A stretch of DNA of 64,000 nucleotides. It comes from Candidatus Kryptoniota bacterium. Its GTDB lineage: Bacteria; Bacteroidota; Ignavibacteria; Kryptoniales; JAKASW01. Location: assembly GCA_024641705.1 (NCBI GenBank), contig JAHECO010000002.1, positions 8,282 through 72,281 on the forward strand, in the 5' to 3' direction. How positions within the stretch are numbered: position 1 is the stretch's first letter; each line of letters opens with the position of its first letter. The notes beneath the pieces were generated by a model. That model did not search any database, was not told the origin of the DNA, and saw only the letters and a program-made list of their open reading frames with translations. Below are positions 8,496 to 17,361 of this stretch, in pieces. A program made the translations under genes and the position numbers.

Positions 8496-10912
8496 GGTGC
8501 AGGAAAAACATTGAGTCGGTGAACGGCCTGTTTCTCCGACATGGCCATCGGGAAAAACCTGAGATTTCCCTTCAGGTAATCGTTCAGGAAATCCTCGTAA
8601 TGCGGACTGAGTATCTGGCCGCATTCTCCTCCCGGCAGGCTGAAATACATGCCCGGCTTGCCCATGTCCACTATCATTCTCATCGAAGGTCCGATAAGCA
8701 TATCGTAGGGGCTATCGAGAGAGTATTCTCCGTTGTTCACGGTGGTGTTGTTCCCTCCTCTCGGGAACGGACCGAGGTCATAGATGCCCCTTATGATCGA
8801 GTTCGAACTCATTGGATGTTTCAACTCCAGCGTATGGATCTTCCCCCACATCCAGTCGATCGGATGCAGGCCGAACTCATCCCGCAATTCCTGGAGAGCC
8901 TGTTCAAGACTTTGCGCGAGCTTCATATTCAACAGGCTGTCGCTGTTAGCCACCCCGTACAGTTCCCCCAGCTCTTCCGGGTGGTTCAACATCCCCTCGA
9001 GTATTCTCGTCGGCACATTGCTTATCAGCACATACCGCTTGAACAGCTGTTCGCCCAGCACGGGCCTGAAGACGTTTCCTACAAGCTTCTCGAACGCCAC
9101 ATTGAGGATTGTCGCCGCGGAGCTCTTTGCCGTTATGTTCCCGTCGAAGTTCTTGAGATATATCAGTTCCTTCGGGAAGTATCTTTCGCTGTCACAGGCC
9201 GCGAGGATCCGGTGGTTCAGCATGATCATATAATCGGAGCGATAATCCAGCTGAAGATCACGCGAAAGCGAGACGCTCATCGTATCGCGATGCGCAATGA
9301 AAGAGGTTATCCTGTCGATGCGCGCGGATGGTTCGTACAGATTTGTTATGTAATAGGGGTAGTTATCGGAAGTCGTCCGGTTGTTCGCAGTTGCGACGAA
9401 CCCGGAATTCGGGTTGTAGCTTTCCGGCAGCGACTTAAAGGGGATGAAGCTGTTCCAGACATTCCTGCTGCTATTTCCCGCCTGGGGAATAAACAGGAGC
9501 GGATAGCGGCGCAGCGGGATATTGCCGGCGGCTTTGTAGCCTATATTGCCGTCGATATCGGCGTAGACGAAATTCTGAGACGGCGCCCCGAAGTATTTGA
9601 GAGCTTCGATGAAGTCCTGGAAGTTCCGTGCGGTATTCAACAAATACATCGATCTGACCTCGTCGCTCGGCCAGTAAGCCGACCATCGAAGCGCGACGAT
9701 CCCCCCGGGTTCGCCCTGGTCTGTCCTCAGCGCGGTGGTCCTGTAGGAACTCGATATCACTCCGCTGACGACGGGACCTAGGATTGTCATACGTTTGGTG
9801 AAGATGTACGGCGAGGTCCCCTTGACATCTACCGTGTCTTCAGTCGTGATGAAGGGAAAGAGTTTGCCGTCGTACCAGTACTCGCCGGGATCGGAGGAAT
9901 CGGGCTGCATGATGTAGAAATCTGAGTCGTCTGCCATGACGTTCGTCATCCCCCACGCGATGTCCGCGTTCCGCCCGATGACGATCCCCGGTGCGCCGGG
10001 AAGCGACACCCCCATTACGTGAAGTGACGGTGAAGAGATCGACACATAGTACCATTTGGCCGGCTCACTGAAAGCCAGGTGCGGATCGTTTGCCAGAATC
10101 GCCGAGCCGCTCTCGGTATGTCTCTTAGATATTGACCAGCTGTTGCTCCCAAAACAATCGGGCGCCTTTACGCCTTCAAGGATGTCCAGGGCGCGCGAGT
10201 TGGACTCGGTGAAGCCGACAAGCGCCGAAGACAACTTCCTCGCCGCGACGGGCATCTTTCTTTCCCTCGTGCCTGAGAACAAAGGAATGAGGAGTGCCGC
10301 CTTCTGGGCACCCAGGCTGTCGTACAGCTCTCCGAATACCGGTTTCGTCCACCAGGATATGTCGAGTTCCCAGGCCATCAGCCGGGCTACCACGAAACTA
10401 TCCCGCGGCTTCCAGGGGCGCGGCGAGAACTGGAGCATTGCGAACTCGGCCGGAAAGACTTTCGCGTTCGCGATGTAGGCGTTGACCCCGTTCGCATACC
10501 ACCGGAGTATCTCCTTGCTGAGCGGAGAACATGCCTTGTAGGCGGAATCTGCCATCTCCTTAAAGCGAAGTGTCCGAAACAACTCATCCACCGCCAGGGT
10601 CTTGCTTCCGAATACCTCGCTCAACTTCCCTTCTCCCACCCGCCTGTACATCTCCATCTGGAAAAGCCGGTCCTGGGCGTGCACGAATCCGAGCGCGAAA
10701 TACGCGTCCGAATCGGAATGTGCAACGATATATGGCACACCGAGGCTGTCGCGGAGCATCTGCGCAGTCCCGCCGAGGCCGGCAACGTCGATGCGACCGT
10801 CGAGCTGCGGCAAAGAAGACGTCCCGATCTTCTTCAGCAGCAGGATTACGCTTACAAGGATGATGAAAAGTGTAAGGGAAACAACCGCTGAGATGAACTT
10901 AAACCGTTTCAC
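8492..10912 (-). CDS. Penicillin acylase family Ntn hydrolase (penicillin amidase / acyl-homoserine-lactone acylase-like)
   Basis: N-terminal TM/signal sequence, ALGFVHAQDRLFQMEMYRR, and a GSNSW nucleophile-Ser context. The size (806 aa) is typical. Confidence 0.9.
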   Translation of the reverse strand: MKRFKFISAVVSLTLFIILVSVILLLKKIGTSSLPQLDGRIDVAGLGGTAQMLRDSLGVPYIVAHSDSDAYFALGFVHAQDRLFQMEMYRRVGEGKLSEVFGSKTLAVDELFRTLRFKEMADSAYKACSPLSKEILRWYANGVNAYIANAKVFPAEFAMLQFSPRPWKPRDSFVVARLMAWELDISWWTKPVFGELYDSLGAQKAALLIPLFSGTRERKMPVAARKLSSALVGFTESNSRALDILEGVKAPDCFGSNSWSISKRHTESGSAILANDPHLAFSEPAKWYYVSISSPSLHVMGVSLPGAPGIVIGRNADIAWGMTNVMADDSDFYIMQPDSSDPGEYWYDGKLFPFITTEDTVDVKGTSPYIFTKRMTILGPVVSGVISSSYRTTALRTDQGEPGGIVALRWSAYWPSDEVRSMYLLNTARNFQDFIEALKYFGAPSQNFVYADIDGNIGYKAAGNIPLRRYPLLFIPQAGNSSRNVWNSFIPFKSLPESYNPNSGFVATANNRTTSDNYPYYITNLYEPSARIDRITSFIAHRDTMSVSLSRDLQLDYRSDYMIMLNHRILAACDSERYFPKELIYLKNFDGNITAKSSAATILNVAFEKLVGNVFRPVLGEQLFKRYVLISNVPTRILEGMLNHPEELGELYGVANSDSLLNMKLAQSLEQALQELRDEFGLHPIDWMWGKIHTLELKHPMSSNSIIRGIYDLGPFPRGGNNTTVNNGEYSLDSPYDMLIGPSMRMIVDMGKPGMYFSLPGGECGQILSPHYEDFLNDYLKGNLRFFPMAMSEKQAVHRLNVFPAP

Positions 10913-10980
10913 TTACACAATTTAGCGAAGGGTGTGCCAATGTAACAAATGAAAGGATTCCTCGTCGCGCCGAAACTTAA

Positions 10981-11679
10981 TTACCGCAGGATGCTGAACA
11001 GGAATCCCGCCGAGACCGAAGGCACGAGGTATCTTGTCTGAGGCATGAACGAAGACGAGAAGAGGTCATAGTACCCCATCCCGCCGTTAAGATACACGCC
11101 GACGTATCTATCTATCCTGAGAGAGTTGCCGACTCCTATATATGCCGAGGCGCCGGAGGTGAAACGCGAATTAGGCACCGAGTAGTTTATGAAGGAACCG
11201 TTGGTCGGATAAGCCCATCCGAACAACAACCCCGCCGAGCTCTCGCCGTAAAGCGTATAACCGAGAGTCCCCAGCGTCGACCGCAAAAGCGGGATCCTGA
11301 TCCCGACCTGCACCGGCATAAGTATCCCCTGCGATTCCGGTATCGATCCGAACGACCGGGTCACGGGAGAGAACAGGTTTATTATCGATATTCTCAGGAA
11401 AATGTTGCTGCGGAGCGGTATGTCGCCGACTGCGCCGGCACCCAGCGAGGTCGCGTTCATAAGGAACGGCGAGTACTCCGGCATGGCGATGGCACCCTGC
11501 CTGGAAGAAAACGGGGAGACATCCCCCGTAAAAAGATTGTCTCCCGAATTAGCGTGCAGATACTTCTGGCCGTAGCTGAGATTGTCCGGACAAATGCCGC
11601 CGCCGAGTGTTTGCGCCTCAGCCGCAACTGACGCCAGTATAATGATGAACGGTACCAGGAATATTCTATATCGTGTCAT
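10981..11679 (-). CDS. Small predicted OM beta-barrel protein, function unknown
   Basis: Signal peptide (IIILASVAAEAQ), Gly/Ser/Tyr-rich strand-like sequence, and 8 nt downstream of the preceding barrel gene. Confidence 0.5.
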   Translation of the reverse strand: MTRYRIFLVPFIIILASVAAEAQTLGGGICPDNLSYGQKYLHANSGDNLFTGDVSPFSSRQGAIAMPEYSPFLMNATSLGAGAVGDIPLRSNIFLRISIINLFSPVTRSFGSIPESQGILMPVQVGIRIPLLRSTLGTLGYTLYGESSAGLLFGWAYPTNGSFINYSVPNSRFTSGASAYIGVGNSLRIDRYVGVYLNGGMGYYDLFSSSFMPQTRYLVPSVSAGFLFSILR

Positions 11680-11687
11680 GGTTCGCC

Positions 11688-13145
11688 TCAGAAATCGTAT
11701 TTGAAGGTAATCACAATATTCGAATTCGTCACTTTCTCATTACTGGTCCTCTGAGTAATGAGTTGGTTGCCGCTGGTATAGTAGCTGTACTCATATGAAC
11801 TCGTGTTCCACCAGCCGTACTGGTATGCCATGTCGAAGCTCACTGTGTTCTGGATTTTCAATCCTACGCCGCCGCTCATGAACTTCTGAGCCTGATTGTA
11901 TGTGTCGCCGGAATACGGCGACTCGATGTATCCTCCGCCGACCCTGAGGCACGGGACAAAGAGGGAGTACCTTGGGTCCACCAGCGCGTACTCAACGCCG
12001 CCGCGAAGTGTCAAAGCCCCCCGAAACTCTTGTCTTATCTGGCTATTCAGATTACTTATGAAATCCGAGGGGAGAGTGGAATTACTGAATTCAAGCTGCG
12101 AATAATCGGTATACTCCATGTCCGCTGCCACCGTAAGCTGGGATGTCCCGCCCGAAGCGCCGATTCCGAACTTGATAGGAGTAGTGACATCGTAGCTATT
12201 GTTCCCAGTCGGAAGTGTGTATGTCAGCGGGCTCGGCGGAGTGGTGTAGTAGGCCGTGCCTTTGTCGTTGAAATTGTCCGTCACAGTGTAGAATGACGGG
12301 AAGGTAATCGTCGCGCCGATCCTGGCCATGGTATTGCCTTCCACGTCGCGCACCCTGTACATCAAACCCACCTCTGCATTCCACCCGCTTATGTCCTGAT
12401 GATCCTCGTTGTTCAATGTGAACGAACTGAAGTAGAGCGGATTGTAATTGTAAATCCCTTGCGGGTCGGACTCCGTAAACCTTCTCGTATACTCGTAGGA
12501 CCCGCTCAGGAGGTTGAGCGTAATACCTATGGAAAAGTCGGGGGCGACGTCCAGACCCATCGACGCAAACCACTTGTTGATGCCTCCTGTCCTTTCTTCC
12601 GTCCCGTTCTGCTGCACGTTTTTCGTGATGAGAGGATTTCCAGCCGCATCCTCGAGATAGAGCATATAAGGGATATCCAGAGTGGTGTCGGGGTCGTAAA
12701 GCGAAGGAACGATGGAGCTGTTGGTATTGAACCCTTTAAAGGACAGTGTCGAGTTGAAATCGATTCCCCTGCCGTACCCGAAGGATATAACGAAACTCCC
12801 CCTCGTCGTGGGAAATGGATATACAATTCCCAGGTTTGTCAGATCGGTCTGGGTAATCGAAGAAGAAGTGTTCGTCCCGAGATATGTTGCATTGTCGCTG
12901 TAGCCCAGGAAGTTCAGTCCCAAAGTAACTTCGGACTCCCGCGATTGAGCCAACCCGGCGGGGTTGAAGAAAGCCGCGTCGAACCCCTGGGCCAGGCCCG
13001 TCATCGCGTTCCCCATCGCGATGGATCTGGCACTGACTCCATAACCGGTTTCGGCAAGTCTCAGAGCATCTTCAGGATACTGAGCATAAGCATTGAATGA
13101 AACTGATAGCATTAGGGAAGTGAGAAGGAATAATCTGCTTTTCAT
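11688..13145 (-). CDS. FadL/PorV-like OM beta-barrel protein
   Basis: Signal peptide ending AYAQ. The N-terminal hatch-like motif SIAMGNAMTG...FFNPAGLA is as in FadL-type transporters. The C-terminus is FKYDF. Confidence 0.6.
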   Translation of the reverse strand: MKSRLFLLTSLMLSVSFNAYAQYPEDALRLAETGYGVSARSIAMGNAMTGLAQGFDAAFFNPAGLAQSRESEVTLGLNFLGYSDNATYLGTNTSSSITQTDLTNLGIVYPFPTTRGSFVISFGYGRGIDFNSTLSFKGFNTNSSIVPSLYDPDTTLDIPYMLYLEDAAGNPLITKNVQQNGTEERTGGINKWFASMGLDVAPDFSIGITLNLLSGSYEYTRRFTESDPQGIYNYNPLYFSSFTLNNEDHQDISGWNAEVGLMYRVRDVEGNTMARIGATITFPSFYTVTDNFNDKGTAYYTTPPSPLTYTLPTGNNSYDVTTPIKFGIGASGGTSQLTVAADMEYTDYSQLEFSNSTLPSDFISNLNSQIRQEFRGALTLRGGVEYALVDPRYSLFVPCLRVGGGYIESPYSGDTYNQAQKFMSGGVGLKIQNTVSFDMAYQYGWWNTSSYEYSYYTSGNQLITQRTSNEKVTNSNIVITFKYDF

Positions 13146-13264
13146 ACTAATACCGTCTTGTTAAAGAGAATTTTCCGAATCGAGTCTACCGTAAGCGGCG
13201 GGTCGGTAGGACAGCTACGAGATTACGCGGCCCGCCGGTGAAACCAAAACATCAAAGAACAGTA

Positions 13265-14707
13265 TCAGTGTCGGGCTCTTCCTCCGCTTCCTCCGCTTGC
13301 ACCCTGTGAACTCCTCGCCGGGGCCGATGCCGTTCGCATCACCGGCTGGGACGCTGCGCGGTACTCATACCGGGGAGCGCTCTGTTGAAATCGCGGCGCT
13401 TCGTAACGCGCGACCTGTTGCGCCGGCATCGAGTACTCTGCCCTCTGTCTTGTCGCCTGAATTACCCTCACTTGCCGGTAGGAAGACTGAGGACGAACTT
13501 CTCCGTTGTTGTACGAGACGTAACCGTGCCTGATCCTCGGAGGCGGGGGAGGAGGCGGCGTATTGTTCTGCGGCGGGTTATTCTGCGGAGGAGGATTGTA
13601 GCTCGGAGCCGGGTTCTGCCGCTGAGGCGGATGCGTATAACTCGGCGCATTCTCCCTTACTCGCTGCTGCGGGTTCGACTGAGGCTGAGAGTTGGGCGTC
13701 GAATTCTGCTGAGGCGGCGTATTCCTGGGCGCCTGCTCACGAACGCGCTGCTGCGGGTTCGACTGCGGAGAGCTCGGAGCCTGGCTCGGATTCCGTTGCG
13801 GGAGAGGAGTATAGCTCGGTGCTCTCTCCCTCACCCTGTGCTGGGGATTCGGTGTGGCGTTCTGCTGAGTCGGCATGTACACCGGTGCTCGCTCGCGGGT
13901 GCGCGGCGCACTCGACGTGCCCCTGACGCCAGTGGCGGCCGGTTCGCCGGTAGAACCCACCCTGGTACGCGTTACAGTTCCTTCCCGGACGTTACCGGAA
14001 ACTCCGGTGGAAGCATTGGCAGTCCCTGTGTTTGCCTGACCAGTAAGAGCATTCGGTGGGATTACATCGCCGCCATAACCCGCCCGTCCATACCGCGTGT
14101 CGCCGCTGTTCCTCACTCTCGGGGTCGGCGTACCAGACATATAAGGAGTATACCACGGATAGAGGCTGTAGGGAGAATACGGCGAATAAACGTTGTAGTA
14201 CGGGCTGTTAGGATAATATCCCGCCATATAGGGGTAGTAGTAAGAAGGGTAGTTTCCCCATCCTGCCAAACCACCGTATGAAAACGGACCGCCGTACCAT
14301 GTGTTTAATCCGAACCCGAGGTACCAGGTGTCCATCGGCCACCAAGCGGCGCTGGGACTGAACATGCTGTAGGTCCAGAGCGGCTGGTACATATAAGGCG
14401 AGCCGTAATACCCGTACCCATAACCATAAGGTGGCCACGCGTTACCATAGCCGTAGCCGCCCATGCCGTAGCTCCCGTAACCGTAGTCGTTGTACCCATA
14501 GTTGGGATTCACAGCGAGGGCGCCCGTCGAATCATAATATGTGGGGCTATAACCGTACTGTGAACTGTCCTGGGCAGTTGCACTCGAGTTGTACGATGAC
14601 CCGTAATCACCGTAATTGCCGCTCGTGGTCGCGAATTCCGTATAACAACCCGACAACCCTGACACAACCAGGAGCGACACTGCCAAAACTGCTAATCTTG
14701 TTTTCAT
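13265..14707 (-). CDS. Low-complexity lipoprotein: Tyr/Gly/Pro/Trp-rich half followed by Pro/Gln/Asn/Arg-rich tandem repeats
   Basis: The ATG at 14707 gives MKTRLAVLAVSLLVVSGLSGC (lipobox LSGC), preceded by GAGGTGA. The ORF is long despite extreme composition. The opposite-strand ORF 13385..14281 is an Arg-rich mirror artefact. Confidence 0.7.
   Translation of the reverse strand: MKTRLAVLAVSLLVVSGLSGCYTEFATTSGNYGDYGSSYNSSATAQDSSQYGYSPTYYDSTGALAVNPNYGYNDYGYGSYGMGGYGYGNAWPPYGYGYGYYGSPYMYQPLWTYSMFSPSAAWWPMDTWYLGFGLNTWYGGPFSYGGLAGWGNYPSYYYPYMAGYYPNSPYYNVYSPYSPYSLYPWYTPYMSGTPTPRVRNSGDTRYGRAGYGGDVIPPNALTGQANTGTANASTGVSGNVREGTVTRTRVGSTGEPAATGVRGTSSAPRTRERAPVYMPTQQNATPNPQHRVRERAPSYTPLPQRNPSQAPSSPQSNPQQRVREQAPRNTPPQQNSTPNSQPQSNPQQRVRENAPSYTHPPQRQNPAPSYNPPPQNNPPQNNTPPPPPPPRIRHGYVSYNNGEVRPQSSYRQVRVIQATRQRAEYSMPAQQVARYEAPRFQQSAPRYEYRAASQPVMRTASAPARSSQGASGGSGGRARH
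13536..13905 (-). repeat. In-frame tandem repeats (about 28-30 codons, 4 units) inside the lipoprotein gene
   Basis: The 20-nt string CGCTGCTGCGGGTTCGACTG occurs exactly at 13662-13681 and 13746-13765 (84-nt spacing). The protein units are R(V/T)RE.AP.Y.P..Q...NPQQ. Confidence 0.8.
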
Positions 14708-14717
14708 GGCAATCACC

Positions 14718-15005
14718 TCACTTTTTTTGACGCAAACCTTCGTCGCTGCGCTTAACTCCACCCGATGCCTGATGCGGTCCGGTCACATCGTTATGCCCCC
14801 TTCGCCATTGACCGCGGCCGTAATCGAAATAGAAAGGCGCGAAGATGACGGGGGCTGCACCCGTCTGCCAATTCATCCCTCCGTCCAGAAGAACGGCCGG
14901 TGGAGCGTAGAATCTCTGCGCCTGAGCCGCAAGGCCCACGGTGCTCAGTGTGTCTCCCGTGACCGTTCCGCCGGCGATTAGAGCCGATATAAGAACCACA
15001 ATCAT
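14718..15005 (-). CDS. Small secreted hypothetical protein (95 aa)
   Basis: ATG preceded by GAGGAA, with a hydrophobic N-terminus MIVVLISALIAGG. It ends 10 nt before the lipoprotein gene. There is no family match. Confidence 0.45.
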   Translation of the reverse strand: MIVVLISALIAGGTVTGDTLSTVGLAAQAQRFYAPPAVLLDGGMNWQTGAAPVIFAPFYFDYGRGQWRRGHNDVTGPHQASGGVKRSDEGLRQKK

Positions 15006-15065
15006 CTTCTAAATTCCTCGATTGAATTTCAATAATGACACGACTCGATGCAAGGACATTCGATG

Positions 15066-15130
15066 CCCTTAAAATAAATTAATTTCCGGGTTTTCCGGAG
15101 ATGATACCCTTAAAATGAATTAATCCTCGG
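15066..15130. repeat. Two 24-nt direct repeats in the intergenic region upstream of 14718..15005
   Basis: CCCTTAAAATAAATTAATTTCCGG (15066-15089) and CCCTTAAAATGAATTAATCCTCGG (15107-15130), 41 nt apart. The palindrome ATTGAATTTCAAT lies nearby at 15021-15033. Confidence 0.6.
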
Positions 15131-15162
15131 CTGTCTTTCAGACTTGAGTACTCTGCGACGGG

Positions 15163-15936
15163 CTACATCGATTGGACGTACTCTATCCGGATTGTGCGCA
15201 GACTGCCGGTCTTTTTGAGGTCGAGTATGTTCTTGTAATCGAACTCGACGGTGAATCCGTTGCCGACGCTCCACTTTATGCCGGCGTTCAGGTAGCCGGG
15301 TCCTGCTTTAGAGAGCCCGGTCGTGTCTGCGAGGTTGTCGTTGAACCCGAAGTTATACTCCGCCACGATGGAAATATCGCGCCCGATTGTCTTGTCGGCC
15401 CCTACGTAGAAGTTCACATTCTTGTTCTTGTCACCGTTCTCGAGAGAATAGTTGATACCGCCGTGAACGCCGAGGTATCCAAGCATCGTGAAGTACTTTG
15501 ATGCGGCCGCAAAAAATCCCGGAGATTTGTAAGAGTACCTGCTGTATTGCGACAGGTAGACGTCCTTCCCCTGAGAATCGTACCCGAGGGTCAGTGCCGG
15601 AAAGTCCGCGGTCTCGTCCACCAGCCTGAAGCGTATGTTGACTCCGGGAAGCTTGTTCCAGTCGACGGGACCGGACCCGATTATGTTGGTGCCGCCGTAG
15701 CTGAGTCCGAATGTGAGCCGGTTGAAAGCCCCCGCTTCGAGAGACATAAGGACGCCGCTCATCTCATAGAAATGGACGCTCATTCCGATCATCCCGTTGT
15801 GAAGTATTCCCGCGGTAGGCATATCGATAAGATAACGCGGCTCGACTCCCGCATCGCTGCCCGCACTTCCGTTAAGGTTTCCGGCGAAAACAACGGATGA
15901 CGTCAGAAGTACCAGTATGAGAGCCTTCAACTTCAT
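15163..15936 (-). CDS. Predicted OM beta-barrel protein, function unknown
   Basis: Signal peptide MKLKALILVLLTSSVVFAG and strand-like alternation throughout. It sits 12 nt downstream of the amidohydrolase gene. Confidence 0.55.
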   Translation of the reverse strand: MKLKALILVLLTSSVVFAGNLNGSAGSDAGVEPRYLIDMPTAGILHNGMIGMSVHFYEMSGVLMSLEAGAFNRLTFGLSYGGTNIIGSGPVDWNKLPGVNIRFRLVDETADFPALTLGYDSQGKDVYLSQYSRYSYKSPGFFAAASKYFTMLGYLGVHGGINYSLENGDKNKNVNFYVGADKTIGRDISIVAEYNFGFNDNLADTTGLSKAGPGYLNAGIKWSVGNGFTVEFDYKNILDLKKTGSLRTIRIEYVQSM

Positions 15937-15948
15937 TACGATCTCCTT

Positions 15949-17361
15949 TCAAAATTCATCTTCACCAAATACTTTCCGGATGTTCTTGGGCAGCTCGACT
16001 TTCTTCGATTCTTCCTCTGTCTCGGATGTGTCTTCGTCCCTGGTCTCGGGCGCCCGCACGGACGGAGTCTTACCTTCCGCGGCGGGGACACTCTCTGCGG
16101 CGTACTTGCTTATCTTATCCACCAGCTGCCGCACTTCCGCCAACAGTTCTGCGCTGTCGTAGAGAAGCAGCTTGCGGTCCTTGTACACGAATTCTCCGTC
16201 CAGCATGACATCGGAGAAATCCGAGTCATCGTAGTCCTCGATCAAGGCGCGCGCTGCATCGCGCTGGGATAACTTCTCGAGTCTCCGCGCCGAAAGCTTC
16301 TTGGCGTCGATGAAGGCGAGGTTTGCCACCTTGCCAACCTCGATGCTTCCGACTTTTGAACTCATGTTGAACAAATCGGCTCCCGCGCGTGTGGCGCCGG
16401 CAAGAGCTTCCTGCGCTTCACATCCCAGCTCGAGAAGTTTCTTCATCTGAAGGAAAAGACCCGGGGTCGCCCAGTCGGAGCCGATTGCAAATTCCCCGTA
16501 CACGTTCCTTATGGTTTTAAAGTTCTGTGCATTAAGCTTGTCGGGGATCAGCACTATTTTGGCCCCTCCGGACCTGGCCACCTTCAGAGAGGCAGCCGGG
16601 GTCCCGCTCAGGCCCACCAGGATGGTGGAGCTGTCCAGTATCTTGCTTTTTCTAAGCAGCTGGATGATCCCCGTATTGAAATTCGATTTTGTGAGCTCGA
16701 TATCGTCCGCGTCTTCGTCGGCGTGTGTCATGATCCAGCCGGGTGCGTCGGAGTTGTTGCGGGCGACGGCGCTGAGCCCGAAGAGAGTCAGGTCTTTCTG
16801 GTACGGGACAAAGACGCCCGACTTAAGATGCCTGTCGACTATCCTTCTCATGAAACCTATCTGCTGTTCGCTCTCCGCGAACGCGACCGCGTCGACACCG
16901 GTGAGTTTGATTGCCGAATACATTCCCCTCGCCCCGGCTTCGTCCCCGATCACCGCGAAAGAGATAGCGCTGACGCCGCTCTGCAGGGCGCTGAAGAAAG
17001 TGACGTGGTACATCCTCTCGTAGAAAGACTCGTCCTGGGAATCGAGGGTAGACTCCAACTCTAGCAGCGGCTCGGTTCTCCACTGGGATATAGGGACCCT
17101 CGGTTCTGCGATCCGACAGATCAGAGACTCGGGATGAAAGTGAGAATTGAAAAGAGTAGGGAGGACAATCTTCTCCGACCCGTCGACGATCTCCGCGTCG
17201 GCATATTTGCGCTTCAAGCTCTCCAGGTCTTTCGATACTTCGACTATGAGGTTAGACCGGATTGCAATGTTGAAAAAGCCCGCCCGGTTTTCATCGTCGC
17301 AGGCAAAACCGTAGGCACCGGCTATGATCTTTGTCGCACTCATCTGCACTCCTTCACTCAT
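15949..17361 (-). CDS. Amidohydrolase-superfamily metal-dependent hydrolase with an acidic C-terminal tail
   Basis: HxH motif (NSHFHPES), GSDW, and GSIEVGKVANLAFID near the C-terminal end of the catalytic domain. The start overlaps the upstream stop as ATGA. Confidence 0.75.
   Translation of the reverse strand: MSEGVQMSATKIIAGAYGFACDDENRAGFFNIAIRSNLIVEVSKDLESLKRKYADAEIVDGSEKIVLPTLFNSHFHPESLICRIAEPRVPISQWRTEPLLELESTLDSQDESFYERMYHVTFFSALQSGVSAISFAVIGDEAGARGMYSAIKLTGVDAVAFAESEQQIGFMRRIVDRHLKSGVFVPYQKDLTLFGLSAVARNNSDAPGWIMTHADEDADDIELTKSNFNTGIIQLLRKSKILDSSTILVGLSGTPAASLKVARSGGAKIVLIPDKLNAQNFKTIRNVYGEFAIGSDWATPGLFLQMKKLLELGCEAQEALAGATRAGADLFNMSSKVGSIEVGKVANLAFIDAKKLSARRLEKLSQRDAARALIEDYDDSDFSDVMLDGEFVYKDRKLLLYDSAELLAEVRQLVDKISKYAAESVPAAEGKTPSVRAPETRDEDTSETEEESKKVELPKNIRKVFGEDEF

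Noticed and set aside
8496-8624. 43-codon N-terminal extension of the Sir2-family gene
   Set aside because: It lies inside the penicillin-acylase-family gene. The ATG at 8495 forms an ATGA overlap with that gene's stop, and Sir2 homology begins right after it.
8519-9781. 420-aa ORF on the plus strand
   Set aside because: It is antisense to the well-supported penicillin acylase family gene, with Arg/His/Val-rich composition and no motifs.
13385-14281. 298-aa extremely Arg-rich ORF on the plus strand
   Set aside because: It is a mirror image of the Pro/Gln/Tyr-rich lipoprotein gene. The minus-strand frame has a lipoprotein signal peptide, an RBS and operon context.
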